A DNA stretch of 55,642 bases from Bdellovibrionota bacterium FG-2 (GTDB taxonomy: Bacteria > Bdellovibrionota > UBA1018). A program made the translations under genes and the position numbers. The DNA lies in assembly GCA_051382305.1 (NCBI GenBank), contig JBBCAV010000131.1, positions 1 to 55,642 of the forward strand. Reading direction: 5' to 3'. Numbering within the stretch: the stretch's first letter is position 1; the number at the start of each line of letters is the position of its first letter. A model generated the notes under the pieces. The model did not search any database. It was not told the DNA's origin and saw only the letters and a program-made list of their open reading frames with translations. This document shows positions 37,271 to 47,668 of the stretch, piece after piece.

Positions 37271-40200
37271 ACAACAAAAAATGAATCAAGGTCTCGCCGG
37301 CCGACTCGCAAAAACATTCATTCGCTCAAAACTCACGCCGGTTATCGCGGTCGTCAGCATTCTCCTTGGCGTGGGCGCGGTAATTCTTACGCCTAAAGAA
37401 GAAGAGCCCCAGATCTCTGTACCGATGATCGACATTCAAACCATCGTGCCAGGGGCCGAAGCAAGCGAAGTTGAAAGACTGGTGACCGAGCCCATTGAGC
37501 GCGCCGTGTGGGGCCTTGAAGGGGTCGAATACGTGTACTCCACCAGTCGTCCCAACTGGAGCTTGGTCACTGTACGATTCAAAGTCAATGAACCTATGGA
37601 GCCCAGTCTCGTGAAAGTCCACCACAAATTGCTGACCATCCGAGGGAGCCTCCCTACCGTCGCGCAACCCTCCGAGGTCAAATCCTACTCGATTGATGAC
37701 GTGCCCTTTCTCGTAATGACTTTTAGCAGCGACAAGATCGATGATTTCAAGCTGCGCTCCCTCATTGCGCCACTTGCAAAAGAGCTCTCGAGCACGCCAG
37801 ACCTAAGCCAAGTCGAGCTTCTAGGGGGGCGAAAAAGAGCCGTTCGTGTGATCGCCGATCCCTTACGCCTGGCAAGCCATGGCGTCTCGCTCCTTTCGGT
37901 CGCGCAAGCACTACAAGCAAACGACGTGAACGCTCCAGCCGGAAAAGACTGGGGCAAGCGCGAAGTCTATGACGTCGAAATTGGAGGCCGAATCTCTTCG
38001 GCGCAAGAAGTAGAGGCCATTGCCGTAGGCCAACGCGCAGGCACTGTGATTCGAATTCGCGATATTGCGGATGTGCGCGAAGGACCTGAGGAGCGGTCTC
38101 GGATTTCACTGTTGATTGATAAAGCCAACCCTAGTGGAAAAAGTGCCGTTTCCATCGCATTTGCTAAACGCAAAGGAACCAATGTCGTTACGCTCGCCAA
38201 TCGAATTTTGGAGCGGGCGCAGTCCTTTTCTTCGGCACTTCCCCGCGAAGTTGAGATGTCGATTCTACGAAACTACGGCGCCACGGCGGCTGCGAAATCC
38301 AACGAACTGATCGAGCACCTGCTGCTCGCTACTTTTTCAGTCACCGTCTTAATCGCAATCTTCATGGGAATTCGCGCCTCTCTTGTCGTAGCCATTGCGA
38401 TTCCGGTCACGCTGGCGCTGACGTTGGCGCTTTACTATTTTTTGGGCTACACGCTCAATCGCGTCACTCTTTTTGCGCTCATTTTCTCCATCGGGATACT
38501 GGTTGATGATGCGATCGTGGTCGTCGAAAATATTGAACGCCATCTTAAGCTCGATCGAAAAGCCAATCTCATTACCACCACGATTCGTGCGGTGACCGAA
38601 GTCGGAGAGCCAACCATTCTCGCGACGTTCGCCGTCATCGCCTCCGTTTTACCCATGGCTTTTGTGCGCGGTCTCATGGGGCCCTATATGCGACCCATTC
38701 CGGTCGGAGCGAGTTTAGCGATGATTTTGTCCCTGCTCGTTGCTTTTATTGTCACCCCCTGGGCTGCGATAAAAATTTTAGGAAAACACGCACAGGCTGA
38801 GAAGACAGAGATCGAAGAAGTAAAAAAGGAAAGTTGGATGGATCGCGCCTATTGCACACTTATGGCTCTCCTGCTTGGAAAGAAGAAACATGCCCTGCAG
38901 CTGGGGCTCCTTACGGTCTTCCTTCTGGTCGCGGCGATGTCAACCCTTTATGCGCGAGCCGTAAAAGTGCAGATGCTCCCGTTTGACAACAAGAACGAGT
39001 TTCAGGTCTTAATCGATTATCCAGCAACTACCCCCCTGGAACAAAGTGCAAAATGGTCAACAGAACTTGCCGAAAAACTCGTAAAAAATCCTGAAATCAA
39101 GCGGGTCCAGATTTTCGGCGGAGAAGCCGCGCCTTATTCATTCTCGGGAATGGTCAAACACACGTTCCTCCGAAAAAGCGACGCACTCAACGATCTCCAA
39201 GTCGAACTCACAGACAAAGACGAGCGCAAGATCAAAAGCCATGACATCATTCAAAAAGTGCGCTCTGAAATCGCAGCATTTGGAAAAGAAAAGAACGCGA
39301 TCACGCGCGTGCTAGAAGTTCCGCCCGGCCCCCCAGTCATGGCTACCATTGTCGCCGAGATTTACGGCCCTAGTGCAGCGGTCAGACAAAAAGTTGGTGA
39401 CGAAGTCCGTGGAATTTTCTCCGCCCATCCTGGCCTCGTGGACGTAGACTATTCTTGGAGATCGGCGAGACCTCGTAAGCTCTACGTCTATGATCAAATG
39501 AAAGGGGGCCTACTTGGCACTCGTGCTGACCAACTGGTCGGCTTGGGGAGATTCCTCTTTTCTGAAGTTTCCCTGGGCACGCTCAACGACACCACTGCTG
39601 CCGAATCTGTTTCAATTGATCTTTCCGTTGCAGACGATACCCGATCTAGCGAAAATCCATTCGGGAAGCTTTCGCTTCCATCGTTTGAGACAGGCGTTGT
39701 ACCCGCCACAAATGTCCTAAAAACAGCGCCCCCAAGAGAGACCACAGCCTTGATGCGAAAAAACCTAAAACCGGTGAACTATGTGTTCGCCGAAATTCAA
39801 GGCGGCGAAGCGCCCGTCTACCAAATCAAGGGACTTACTCCTAAGATCAATTACCCTACGCAAACGGCCGAGGCGCCCTGGAACACCGAAAGCCCCGTCA
39901 TTAAATGGGACGGCGAATGGTTCATGACCTTTGAGGTTTTTCGCGATCTCGGCACGGCCTTCGCCGTGGTTATGGTGCTTATCTACATTCTCGTTTTGGG
40001 ATGGTTTCGAAGCTTCGTCGTACCGCTTGTGATTATGACTCCGATTCCAATAAGCCTCATTGGAATTCTGCCGGGGCACGCGCTTTTTGGCGCCGTCTTT
40101 ACCGCCCCCTCCATGATTGGATTCATCGCCGGGGCTGGCATTATCGTGCGAAACTCTATCATTTTGGTCGATTTTATTGAGCATGAAATCAAGCAAGGCA

Positions 40201-40451
40201 CAAAATTAAAGGACGCCGTCATTAACGCGGGCGTTCTTCGCTTTCGACCCATGCTGCTCACCGCCGCCGCCGTGGTCGTGGGAAGTTCCGTCATGCTCTT
40301 TGATCCGATTTTTCAGGGGTTGGCGATTAGCTTGATGTTTGGCTCAATTGCCGCAACAATCCTCAGTCGGCTCGCTGTTCCTGTTCTGTACTACTGGGTG
40401 GTAGGAAAAAGCAGGGTGCGGGCGCTTCAAACATTAGATACACAAAACTAA
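37263..40451 (+). CDS. RND efflux permease subunit
   Basis: KEEEPQI, GILVDDAIVVVENI, GIIVRNSIILVDF, RFRPMLLT. Confidence 0.95.
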   Translation: MSEQQKMNQGLAGRLAKTFIRSKLTPVIAVVSILLGVGAVILTPKEEEPQISVPMIDIQTIVPGAEASEVERLVTEPIERAVWGLEGVEYVYSTSRPNWSLVTVRFKVNEPMEPSLVKVHHKLLTIRGSLPTVAQPSEVKSYSIDDVPFLVMTFSSDKIDDFKLRSLIAPLAKELSSTPDLSQVELLGGRKRAVRVIADPLRLASHGVSLLSVAQALQANDVNAPAGKDWGKREVYDVEIGGRISSAQEVEAIAVGQRAGTVIRIRDIADVREGPEERSRISLLIDKANPSGKSAVSIAFAKRKGTNVVTLANRILERAQSFSSALPREVEMSILRNYGATAAAKSNELIEHLLLATFSVTVLIAIFMGIRASLVVAIAIPVTLALTLALYYFLGYTLNRVTLFALIFSIGILVDDAIVVVENIERHLKLDRKANLITTTIRAVTEVGEPTILATFAVIASVLPMAFVRGLMGPYMRPIPVGASLAMILSLLVAFIVTPWAAIKILGKHAQAEKTEIEEVKKESWMDRAYCTLMALLLGKKKHALQLGLLTVFLLVAAMSTLYARAVKVQMLPFDNKNEFQVLIDYPATTPLEQSAKWSTELAEKLVKNPEIKRVQIFGGEAAPYSFSGMVKHTFLRKSDALNDLQVELTDKDERKIKSHDIIQKVRSEIAAFGKEKNAITRVLEVPPGPPVMATIVAEIYGPSAAVRQKVGDEVRGIFSAHPGLVDVDYSWRSARPRKLYVYDQMKGGLLGTRADQLVGLGRFLFSEVSLGTLNDTTAAESVSIDLSVADDTRSSENPFGKLSLPSFETGVVPATNVLKTAPPRETTALMRKNLKPVNYVFAEIQGGEAPVYQIKGLTPKINYPTQTAEAPWNTESPVIKWDGEWFMTFEVFRDLGTAFAVVMVLIYILVLGWFRSFVVPLVIMTPIPISLIGILPGHALFGAVFTAPSMIGFIAGAGIIVRNSIILVDFIEHEIKQGTKLKDAVINAGVLRFRPMLLTAAAVVVGSSVMLFDPIFQGLAISLMFGSIAATILSRLAVPVLYYWVVGKSRVRALQTLDTQN

Positions 40452-40462
40452 GGAGAAATCAG

Positions 40463-40645
40463 ATGTCTATTGAAATGAAAATTCGTGCTTTTGCAGGGTC
40501 CTTTATTCTCGCAAGCCTTGGGCTATCCGTGGTGCATTCACCCAACTGGCTTTGGTTTACGGCGTTTGTAGGGGCCAATCTTCTGCAATCCAGCATCACC
40601 GGCTTTTGCCCACTAGAGATTATTCTTCGTAAACTGCGCACGTAG
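40463..40645 (+). CDS. DUF2892 (YgaP-like) membrane protein
   Basis: FVGANLLQSSITGFCP; AGGAG RBS. Confidence 0.9.
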   Translation: MSIEMKIRAFAGSFILASLGLSVVHSPNWLWFTAFVGANLLQSSITGFCPLEIILRKLRT

Positions 40646-40680
40646 TTGCCAACCTATCAAAATCCGTGTAACCAATAGAA

Positions 40681-41019
40681 ATGGCAAAAAAATCCAAACC
40701 GAAAAAAGCTAAGAATGAAATCTTTGTTCGCTACGAATTTTCTGACGAAAAGGGGCGCCCTGAAGGGGGAGACGTTTTTCGCTTCACTTCGATGGAACAA
40801 ATTCAAGAGATGACCGCGGAGATTATTGACGTCGCTCAAAGCGATGGCGTAGCCGTTAATCTTACGATTGGTACGGAAAAAGTGTTTTATGGGTTTCTCA
40901 AGAATGCCGGAATGGGCAAGAACGATGTAGACAAAGAGCTCGTCGTCGAAGAGGTCAATCCTTTTCCGCCCAAAAAGGCTACGGCCAAAAAAGCCACCAC
41001 CAAGAAAGCCAAGAAGTAG
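40681..41019 (+). CDS. Hypothetical protein with Lys/Ala-rich tail
   Basis: ORF fills the gap; KKATAKKATTKKAKK tail. Confidence 0.7.
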   Translation: MAKKSKPKKAKNEIFVRYEFSDEKGRPEGGDVFRFTSMEQIQEMTAEIIDVAQSDGVAVNLTIGTEKVFYGFLKNAGMGKNDVDKELVVEEVNPFPPKKATAKKATTKKAKK

Positions 41020-41043
41020 CCGCCAAAGGAATTTCCTCTTACC

Positions 41044-42231
41044 GTGTCTAAAGTGGCGGTGATCGGCTCGGGTCCAGCAGGTCTGATGGCCGCGCATGTG
41101 TTGGCTTCGCGCGGATTTGCCGTTTCGGTATTTGACAAAAAACAGGCATTGGGTGCAAAACTTCTTCTTGCGGGAAGCTCAGGCCTGAATATTACTCATG
41201 AGGCTTCGCTCGAGGAGTTCGTAGGATTTTACCGCGGACCGCGCGGGCATTTTCAGAAAATGCTGAAGGATTTTTCACCGCAGGACTGGCTTGCCTTTGT
41301 TCAAGCCCTGGGGATTGAAACCTTCTTGGGGACCAGTCGACGCTATTTTGTGGATGGTTTGAAAGCCGCACCTCTTTTACGCTGCTGGCTCAACCACTTA
41401 AAGGAGATGGGTGTTGAATTTCACTCACGCCATGAGTGCGTTGATTTTGAGACGCTTGGGACAAAGCCCAATCGGGTGCGTTTGAGTTTTCAAAACGGCC
41501 TATCGCAGGAATTTAACGCTGCTTGTTTTGCGCTAGGGGGCGGAAGTTATGAGCCCCACGAAGTTCCGCTACGCTTTCCGGGTCTTTTTACGCGAAAAGG
41601 GATTTCATTTATTCCTTTTGAGGCTTCGAACGTCGGTTTTGAGCTCCAGTGGTCACCACAGTTTAAGACAGAGGCTGAGGGCAAGCCCCTGAAGAATGTA
41701 ACCCTCACTTCTTCAAAGGGTAAATCTACGGGCGACCTCATGGTCACGAGCTATGGATTGGAGGGAACGCCTGTGTATCAAGTGGGGGAAGTGGGCGAGG
41801 TTTTCTTGGATCTGAAACCCGATCTTACCTATATCCAAGCCCTAGCAAGACTCGCCAAATCACAAGAGAACCTCGCTCCCATCCGGCGCATCAAGAAGCT
41901 ACTCAAGCTTTCGCCCGCAGCTTTTGCCCTCCTTTATCATTGCACACCTCCGGAGATTCGAGGCGATCTCGAGTCGCTCGTGAAACAAGTGAAAAAGTTT
42001 CCACTCAAATTCATTTCAAAAAGACCGATTTCCGAGGCTATTTCCTCTGCGGGCGGCGTGAGTTTTGACGAGGTGGACGAAGATCTCATGCTCCGAAAAT
42101 ATCCAGGGATCTATCTCGCTGGCGAAATGCTAAACTGGGACGCCCCCACGGGTGGGTTTTTGATTCAGGCCTGCGTCTCGCAGGGGCATTATGTGGGGAC
42201 GGTGATCGCTCGGAGCATGGCGACGGACTAG
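41044..42231 (+). CDS. BaiN/YhiN-like NAD(P)/FAD flavoprotein (TIGR03862-like)
   Basis: IGSGPAGLMAA, GSSGLNITH, AISSAGGV, WDAPTGGFLIQ. Confidence 0.9.
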   Translation: MSKVAVIGSGPAGLMAAHVLASRGFAVSVFDKKQALGAKLLLAGSSGLNITHEASLEEFVGFYRGPRGHFQKMLKDFSPQDWLAFVQALGIETFLGTSRRYFVDGLKAAPLLRCWLNHLKEMGVEFHSRHECVDFETLGTKPNRVRLSFQNGLSQEFNAACFALGGGSYEPHEVPLRFPGLFTRKGISFIPFEASNVGFELQWSPQFKTEAEGKPLKNVTLTSSKGKSTGDLMVTSYGLEGTPVYQVGEVGEVFLDLKPDLTYIQALARLAKSQENLAPIRRIKKLLKLSPAAFALLYHCTPPEIRGDLESLVKQVKKFPLKFISKRPISEAISSAGGVSFDEVDEDLMLRKYPGIYLAGEMLNWDAPTGGFLIQACVSQGHYVGTVIARSMATD

Positions 42232-42806
42232 GGCGGGGCAAATCCAGCCGCGCGAAGGGAACCCAAAACCATAGCGCGCAGGCCCGCATCGATTTCTCGA
42301 CTCACTCCAAATGTTTCTAAGAAGTTTTTTGCGAGATACTTCTTCATGGCATCATACTCTCGCCCCCACGTGACGAGACGCGAGTAAAGTAGTTTATCCC
42401 AAAAGCCTTCGTCTCTTTCGTTTTTACGAAAAGCCTCACCCTTTTTTGCGCCCGTGATCTGAAAGGCGATTTCGCCCGCAAAGCGCCGAAGAAACGAGTG
42501 AAGCTCCTGTTTTGCAATCGTGTACTGCTTTGTTTCCGTCTTTACAAGCAGGTGAAGGTGATTGCCCACATTGGCGAATTTATAGACTCTAATGTGGTAC
42601 TGTGCCGCGCATTTGCTCAGAATACGGTTTACGCGCGCTTCGTTCTTTGGGGTCAACATGGACCAGGCTTTAGTGGCTTTAGTTGATCTCAAAACGAGAT
42701 GAATCGCGTGCTTATGGGAGAAGGGGCGGGCCTCTTTGCGCCTTCCTTTGAGGAGGGCACCGCCATGATCAATGCGGAGTTTGGGAAGAAAAGAGAGCTG
42801 CTTCAC
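42228..42806 (-). mobile_element. REP-associated tyrosine transposase (Y1/HUH family)
   Basis: HLVLRS, NVGNHLHLL (HUH), FW...YSR, KYLAKN (catalytic Tyr); REP-like hairpin upstream. Confidence 0.85.
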
Positions 42807-42887
42807 GGGCTAGTGAATAGCTTATGAGGGTAGACATAGCAATATTTAACGTGGGGCGATGGTATTTTTGGCACGACACCGCACTGG

Positions 42888-42922
42888 AACTTCTCAAAAT
42901 GTGAAGTTAGGGGCGTACCCCC
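42888..42922. repeat. Single REP-like unit upstream of the RAYT gene
   Basis: AACTTC-N9-GAAGTT-AGGGGCGTACCCCC; 28/35 identical to 24427-24461. Confidence 0.7.
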
Positions 42923-43306
42923 TGGGGGGATAGCCCTCCCCCTGCCCCCACACCAACAGTCCGATATATCCTTCGCGTCAAAAATGCTCAAAACCCCTTA
43001 GAAAATGAGGCTTTTTGTATTGCAAAATGCGCGCATTTCTTCGGGATATGCACTGAGATGCTAGTGTGAGCGCCGGTTTTCAGATGTTTTGGGGGGAATT
43101 CTGTTCGAACCTTTTCCCTGCGGGCAGCGCCAGAATTCTACCAATCTTCATCGGTCCCTCAGTGGTCCATGAAAAAAGAGGCTATTTCCAGACCTCTACG
43201 GTAAAAAAAAATGATATAAAGACAAAAATTCTGTGGAATTTTGCTTGCGCGATTCAAATAAAGTCCGTACATTTCGTAAATCCCGCATAAAAGGAGGCGG
43301 TTTTAT

Positions 43307-43657
43307 ATGGCAAAGAAAACTAAATTTCACTTTATCAATACACTTCATGAACAGGTTTTGAAGATTGCTTCGACCACCAAGAAGGGCGATGTTCGCATCA
43401 AGCGCGCTGACCTCAAGAAAACCTTGGAAGACACTTTCGCTTTGGGCGCAAAAGCTGCGGCTTCAGGCGAGCGCGTTCGTTTCCCTATTGTTGGCACGCT
43501 TGTCCGTAAAGACGTAGCTGCTCGCAAAGCTGGCAAAGGCAAAAACCCTTTCACCGGCGAAGAAATCATGATCAAAGCACGCCCAGCGAGCAAAAAGCCT
43601 CGTTGGTCGTTCCCTAAGCACCTTAAAGAGACTTTCTCTAACAAGAAATTCTGGTAA
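43307..43657 (+). CDS. HU-family DNA-binding protein
   Basis: GKNPFTGEEIMIKARPA; AGGAGG RBS. Confidence 0.9.
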   Translation: MAKKTKFHFINTLHEQVLKIASTTKKGDVRIKRADLKKTLEDTFALGAKAAASGERVRFPIVGTLVRKDVAARKAGKGKNPFTGEEIMIKARPASKKPRWSFPKHLKETFSNKKFW

Positions 43658-43671
43658 GATCTTAGTATTAA

Positions 43672-43725
43672 CCCGGTTCCTTCGTCTCGCCTTTCGGGGT
43701 GGGTCGCGGGAACCGGTTTTTTTTT
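43672..43725 (+). terminator. Rho-independent terminator
   Basis: CCGGTTCC...GGAACCGG stem followed by a T9 run. Confidence 0.8.
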
Positions 43726-43744
43726 CGCCCTTTTTTCCCACTCT

Positions 43745-43773
43745 TTGACAGCGCGCTCCACCTTTGTCACAAT
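43745..43773 (+). promoter_or_regulatory. Sigma70 promoter
   Basis: TTGACA-N17-CACAAT with extended TGn; GTG start 9 nt downstream. Confidence 0.6.
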
Positions 43774-43782
43774 AGAAGCCCA

Positions 43783-45831
43783 GTGACAGCCAAACGCCAA
43801 TCCAACCGCCGCTCCGAAAAAGGTCAGGCCTCCATCATGGTGGGCATGATGATGATGACCTTTATCGTTTTTCTGGCGTTTGTGATCAACACGGCAATGC
43901 TCATTAATGCGAAGATCAATCTTCAAAACGCCGCGGACTTGGCGGCGTATGCCGGCGCGGCGGCACAGGCACGGCAGCTCAATTACATTTCATTTTTGAA
44001 TTACGAAATGCGCCGGCAGTACAAGAAGTTTTTGTTCCGCTATTATGTGATGGGCAATATCGCACAGGACGAGTTTCCGAGAGGGCCGACGGGGAAAAAA
44101 AAACCGGAATGGAAACCAAACCCTACGGAAGCGAGTTACGGGGTTCCCGCCGTTTGTGTCGTCATGAATCCTGCCGACAACTATTGTCACATTGGAACCA
44201 TCCCCAAGATCGCGATCCCGGCGGCCAGCATGATGGACAAGGTGAATGAGACATTAAGAGTGCAATTGCAGAATATCGAAGACATTCGCCAAGCCAACTG
44301 CGAACAGATCGGACGTCTTAATACTAATTTGCTTATATTTTGGCTCTTTAATGCGGATCATGATTTTTCGAAGCTTGCATCGATGTTCAATGATCCAGCG
44401 CAACAGCAGACTCTACAGACGTTTCGGGGACTGGCTTTTGGTTTAGGATTAGTCCCCAGAGAGGTGCTACTTCGCCTTCGTATTGCGACCCTTGCGAGCT
44501 ACCTCAACGCCCCTCCTCTGACACTTTCTAAAGATAAGGTAGAGGCGCTTAAGGCAAAATCCGATCCGACCTACTATGAGCGCTCCATTCAAGCATTTCA
44601 ATCAGCGTATTATACGTTGGGCAATCACACATTTTCTGATGACTCGATTGAACTCGAGGAGCTGCAAAATCCTGCCCAAATCAAGCTCAACGACATCAAA
44701 GCAGAATTTGATACCTACTCTGTCGAATTTGCACTCGATCCAACCAAAGTAGGTCAAGCAACTGACTGCGTGCCCAATCTTATTCCGGTCTCTGTTCCGT
44801 CCATCACACTCGGCGTCCGAAAGGATTCAACGGTTTTGACCTATTATGCCCTGAGATTGAAAGCGAAAGCCAAAGTCCTGTTCTCCCCTTTTGGCGAGGT
44901 CTCACTCAAAGCCTACGCGGCAGCGAGGCCTTTTGGGAGTCGAATTGGTCCTCCCATTGATTCTGCATTGGGAAATTTTGTGCAAGCAAGTACGGTAAAC
45001 AACGCCTTTAAACCAGGGAGCCAAGGGCTTGCGAGCACAAAGAATTTTATTCCTAACCTCCCTATCGCTGATGGCGAGGTCGCCGTCCGGGGAATGGGTT
45101 GGGACAACGATCTTACACTGGGTGCCATGTATCAAGCCTTGGCCGCGGCTGGCTCGGGCAATATGATTACGCAAGCAAATGTCGAGGCGGGCTATCAGGC
45201 TGCGATGGCCCCAAATCCCTATGAGGGGCGCCGTTACAACATTCCAACGGACCGCTTTCCTGATCCCTTTGTTAAATACTTTGATTCCTCTGATACTTTT
45301 GCGTTTTGGGCACCCCTTGTTTCTCCTGAAATGGCCATAGGGGGGGCGGTTGATGAAACCCTTAATACCGCAATTAAGGAGACTCTGCAAAAACCTCCTA
45401 CCGCCAACGCTTCGAAGGGCGATCCTGAGGGCGACTACAAAAAACTTCTGGATGGAATGATGGCCGCTTTTAAAAGCTACGCCGCGACTTTACGCAAAGG
45501 AGAAGGCGAAGATGGCGAGGGCTTCAACATCGTTCACATTCGCAATCCCTTTAATGCAGGAGGAAAACCTATCACGCTCGGTGGAGGAGAGAGTTCGCCA
45601 CTCATAAAAACCGACGACCCTCGAACGGTCAAAACCTCTTGGAACGACGTCCTCACTTCTGGTTACAAGAAACAGGGACGAGTAGGCTATAGTGTCAAAA
45701 TCGTTTCGTTTGATTCACTCACAAAAAGCAAACAATCTGCAAATGGCGGAATGGGTGGCGGAAGCTGGTCTAACGATCTTGCGCCCAATGATGATGAAGC
45801 GAAGATGGAGATAGATCTGATTAAGCATTAA
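43783..45831 (+). CDS. Tad-domain (TadG-like) pseudopilin/adhesin
   Basis: EKGQASIMVG prepilin-like site, hydrophobic helix, LQNAADLAAYAGA. Confidence 0.85.
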   Translation: MTAKRQSNRRSEKGQASIMVGMMMMTFIVFLAFVINTAMLINAKINLQNAADLAAYAGAAAQARQLNYISFLNYEMRRQYKKFLFRYYVMGNIAQDEFPRGPTGKKKPEWKPNPTEASYGVPAVCVVMNPADNYCHIGTIPKIAIPAASMMDKVNETLRVQLQNIEDIRQANCEQIGRLNTNLLIFWLFNADHDFSKLASMFNDPAQQQTLQTFRGLAFGLGLVPREVLLRLRIATLASYLNAPPLTLSKDKVEALKAKSDPTYYERSIQAFQSAYYTLGNHTFSDDSIELEELQNPAQIKLNDIKAEFDTYSVEFALDPTKVGQATDCVPNLIPVSVPSITLGVRKDSTVLTYYALRLKAKAKVLFSPFGEVSLKAYAAARPFGSRIGPPIDSALGNFVQASTVNNAFKPGSQGLASTKNFIPNLPIADGEVAVRGMGWDNDLTLGAMYQALAAAGSGNMITQANVEAGYQAAMAPNPYEGRRYNIPTDRFPDPFVKYFDSSDTFAFWAPLVSPEMAIGGAVDETLNTAIKETLQKPPTANASKGDPEGDYKKLLDGMMAAFKSYAATLRKGEGEDGEGFNIVHIRNPFNAGGKPITLGGGESSPLIKTDDPRTVKTSWNDVLTSGYKKQGRVGYSVKIVSFDSLTKSKQSANGGMGGGSWSNDLAPNDDEAKMEIDLIKH

Positions 45832-46928
45832 GCGCGCCCTTTCCTAAAATGGCGCTCCAGCCAAATCCTCATCAGGGGATTATGGAATCGATAGCTCCCG
45901 TCACTGGGGTATACGGTCAGGATTTTTTTCTTCACAAAAGACTTCAGCGCATCAGTCACATGTACCTGTCTTGTTAACAGAGGAGATGATTTAAGAATTT
46001 TATCGGGCATCGTAGATGGCGCCAAAGAGATGACCTCTAATACCTCATTTTGAATCGGAGTAAGGTCCGCAATAAGGTCGGAAAAATAGCTATGTTCTTT
46101 GGCTACCATTTTATTGATTGTTTCATCGTAAAGCTGCCTAGAAAAAACGCGTTCGCCGTGCAAAATTGCAAGGAGAAACATTTCAGATAAGATGAGCTGA
46201 ACATCCTCGGTGAGTCCCCGGACTTCGGCATAAAGCGAAGAAAAGACATCCCTGGGAATACTCATTTTCATTTTTTTTAGTCGGTGCCCGACAAAATTGA
46301 AAAACTGATCCTCCGGAATAACGTCCAATGAGAAATGGATCGCCTGTTTGTAAAACCATTTACCTTCTGTCGTAAAGAGTTCATTCATCTCATTACGAAT
46401 AGAACCCACAAAGACAACTCTAAGGTCCCATAACTTAATGATGTGCTCTCTTAGCTTTTTATCTGCTTCTGGATCCTTAAAACGCTTGATATTCTGAAAC
46501 TCATCAAGAATAAGAACGGGAGACTTGTTCGCGGTCTTGGTCTTTTGAATTTGGTTAAGGGCATATCCGAGGTAGTGATCGATAACCGTCGGGTCTTCTT
46601 GATTTGATTCCTGAAACCTGCGCCCAAGCTCTAAGAATTTTCCTTTTTGCGGGGTGGACATCGAATAAGTTTCGTCGAGATAGATGAGGTGCTTTACCAG
46701 ATCCAAAATCGAAGAGCACTTGTTCACATTAATCCGGACGCCGATAAAATCGGAATTTCGAACCGTGTTTACTACAAATGCTGTTTTACCGATTCTTCTT
46801 TGCTCGGAGATATACAGATTATTCGAACTGGTCTTCAGCCTAGTGACGAATTCATTCCCCTCATCGCGGGGGCAAAAATCCTCATTTGCCATATCCTGAT
46901 AACCGATAATAAACGGGTTTTTTATCAT
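45828..46928 (-). CDS. AAA ATPase (archaeal-ATPase-like) with C-terminal winged helix
   Basis: NPF, QRRIGKT, LILDEFQ, FVGS, YRFHNPLMRIWL. Confidence 0.85.
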   Translation of the reverse strand: MIKNPFIIGYQDMANEDFCPRDEGNEFVTRLKTSSNNLYISEQRRIGKTAFVVNTVRNSDFIGVRINVNKCSSILDLVKHLIYLDETYSMSTPQKGKFLELGRRFQESNQEDPTVIDHYLGYALNQIQKTKTANKSPVLILDEFQNIKRFKDPEADKKLREHIIKLWDLRVVFVGSIRNEMNELFTTEGKWFYKQAIHFSLDVIPEDQFFNFVGHRLKKMKMSIPRDVFSSLYAEVRGLTEDVQLILSEMFLLAILHGERVFSRQLYDETINKMVAKEHSYFSDLIADLTPIQNEVLEVISLAPSTMPDKILKSSPLLTRQVHVTDALKSFVKKKILTVYPSDGSYRFHNPLMRIWLERHFRKGRA

Positions 46929-47096
46929 GAGAAGACCTACTTTTCCAAGAAAAGCGTACTAAATTGCGGCACAAATAACTAACCTATACCATCACTATAC
47001 GATGACCAGACTATAAAACCCAAGAAAATCAATTGATACAACCATACAGATTGCACCACATGGTGCGGCATTTTATTGCACCACCTGATGCAGGAA

Positions 47097-47666
47097 CTAT
47101 TTCCACTTGATACTGCAACCCATTGACGCTGGTTGCGCCACAGGAACCGCTTTGCCCGCCAAGATACAATCAAGCGCCTTCGCGAGGTCTCGCTGGGTCA
47201 CCCTCAACGGCTCTTTCCAGTTGTCATCGAGTCGCCCACGATAGCGCAATTGAAACTGGCCCGACACGTTTTGATAGACATAGAAATCCGGCGTACAAAC
47301 TGCGCCATAAGCACGCGCGACTTCTTGAGTTTCATCAAAGAGATAGGGAAACGCGTAACTCTTTTCTTGCGCACGCAGTTTCATCTGCGCAAAACTATCG
47401 TCGGGATAGCGTGCGGCGTCGTTTGAATTGATCGCGACCAAGGCTGCCCCTTTATCGTGATACAGCTTAGCCAGATCGTTAATACGATCATCGACCGCTT
47501 GAACGTAGGGGCAGTGGTTGCACATGAAAACTACAACCAAGGCTTTTGCGGCGTGCGGGCCAGTGCTGTAGTCCGAAAGCGCATGCGTTTTTCCGCATAC
47601 GCCTGGGAGCGAAAAATCGGGAGCAATTGAGCCAAGTTCACCGGGTTCGGAGTGTGTGAGTGCCAT
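47097..47666 (-). CDS. Thioredoxin-fold AhpC/TSA family protein
   Basis: CNHCPYV, YLFDETQ, CTPDF, GCSIKWK. Confidence 0.93.
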   Translation of the reverse strand: MALTHSEPGELGSIAPDFSLPGVCGKTHALSDYSTGPHAAKALVVVFMCNHCPYVQAVDDRINDLAKLYHDKGAALVAINSNDAARYPDDSFAQMKLRAQEKSYAFPYLFDETQEVARAYGAVCTPDFYVYQNVSGQFQLRYRGRLDDNWKEPLRVTQRDLAKALDCILAGKAVPVAQPASMGCSIKWK

Positions 47667-47668
47667 AA

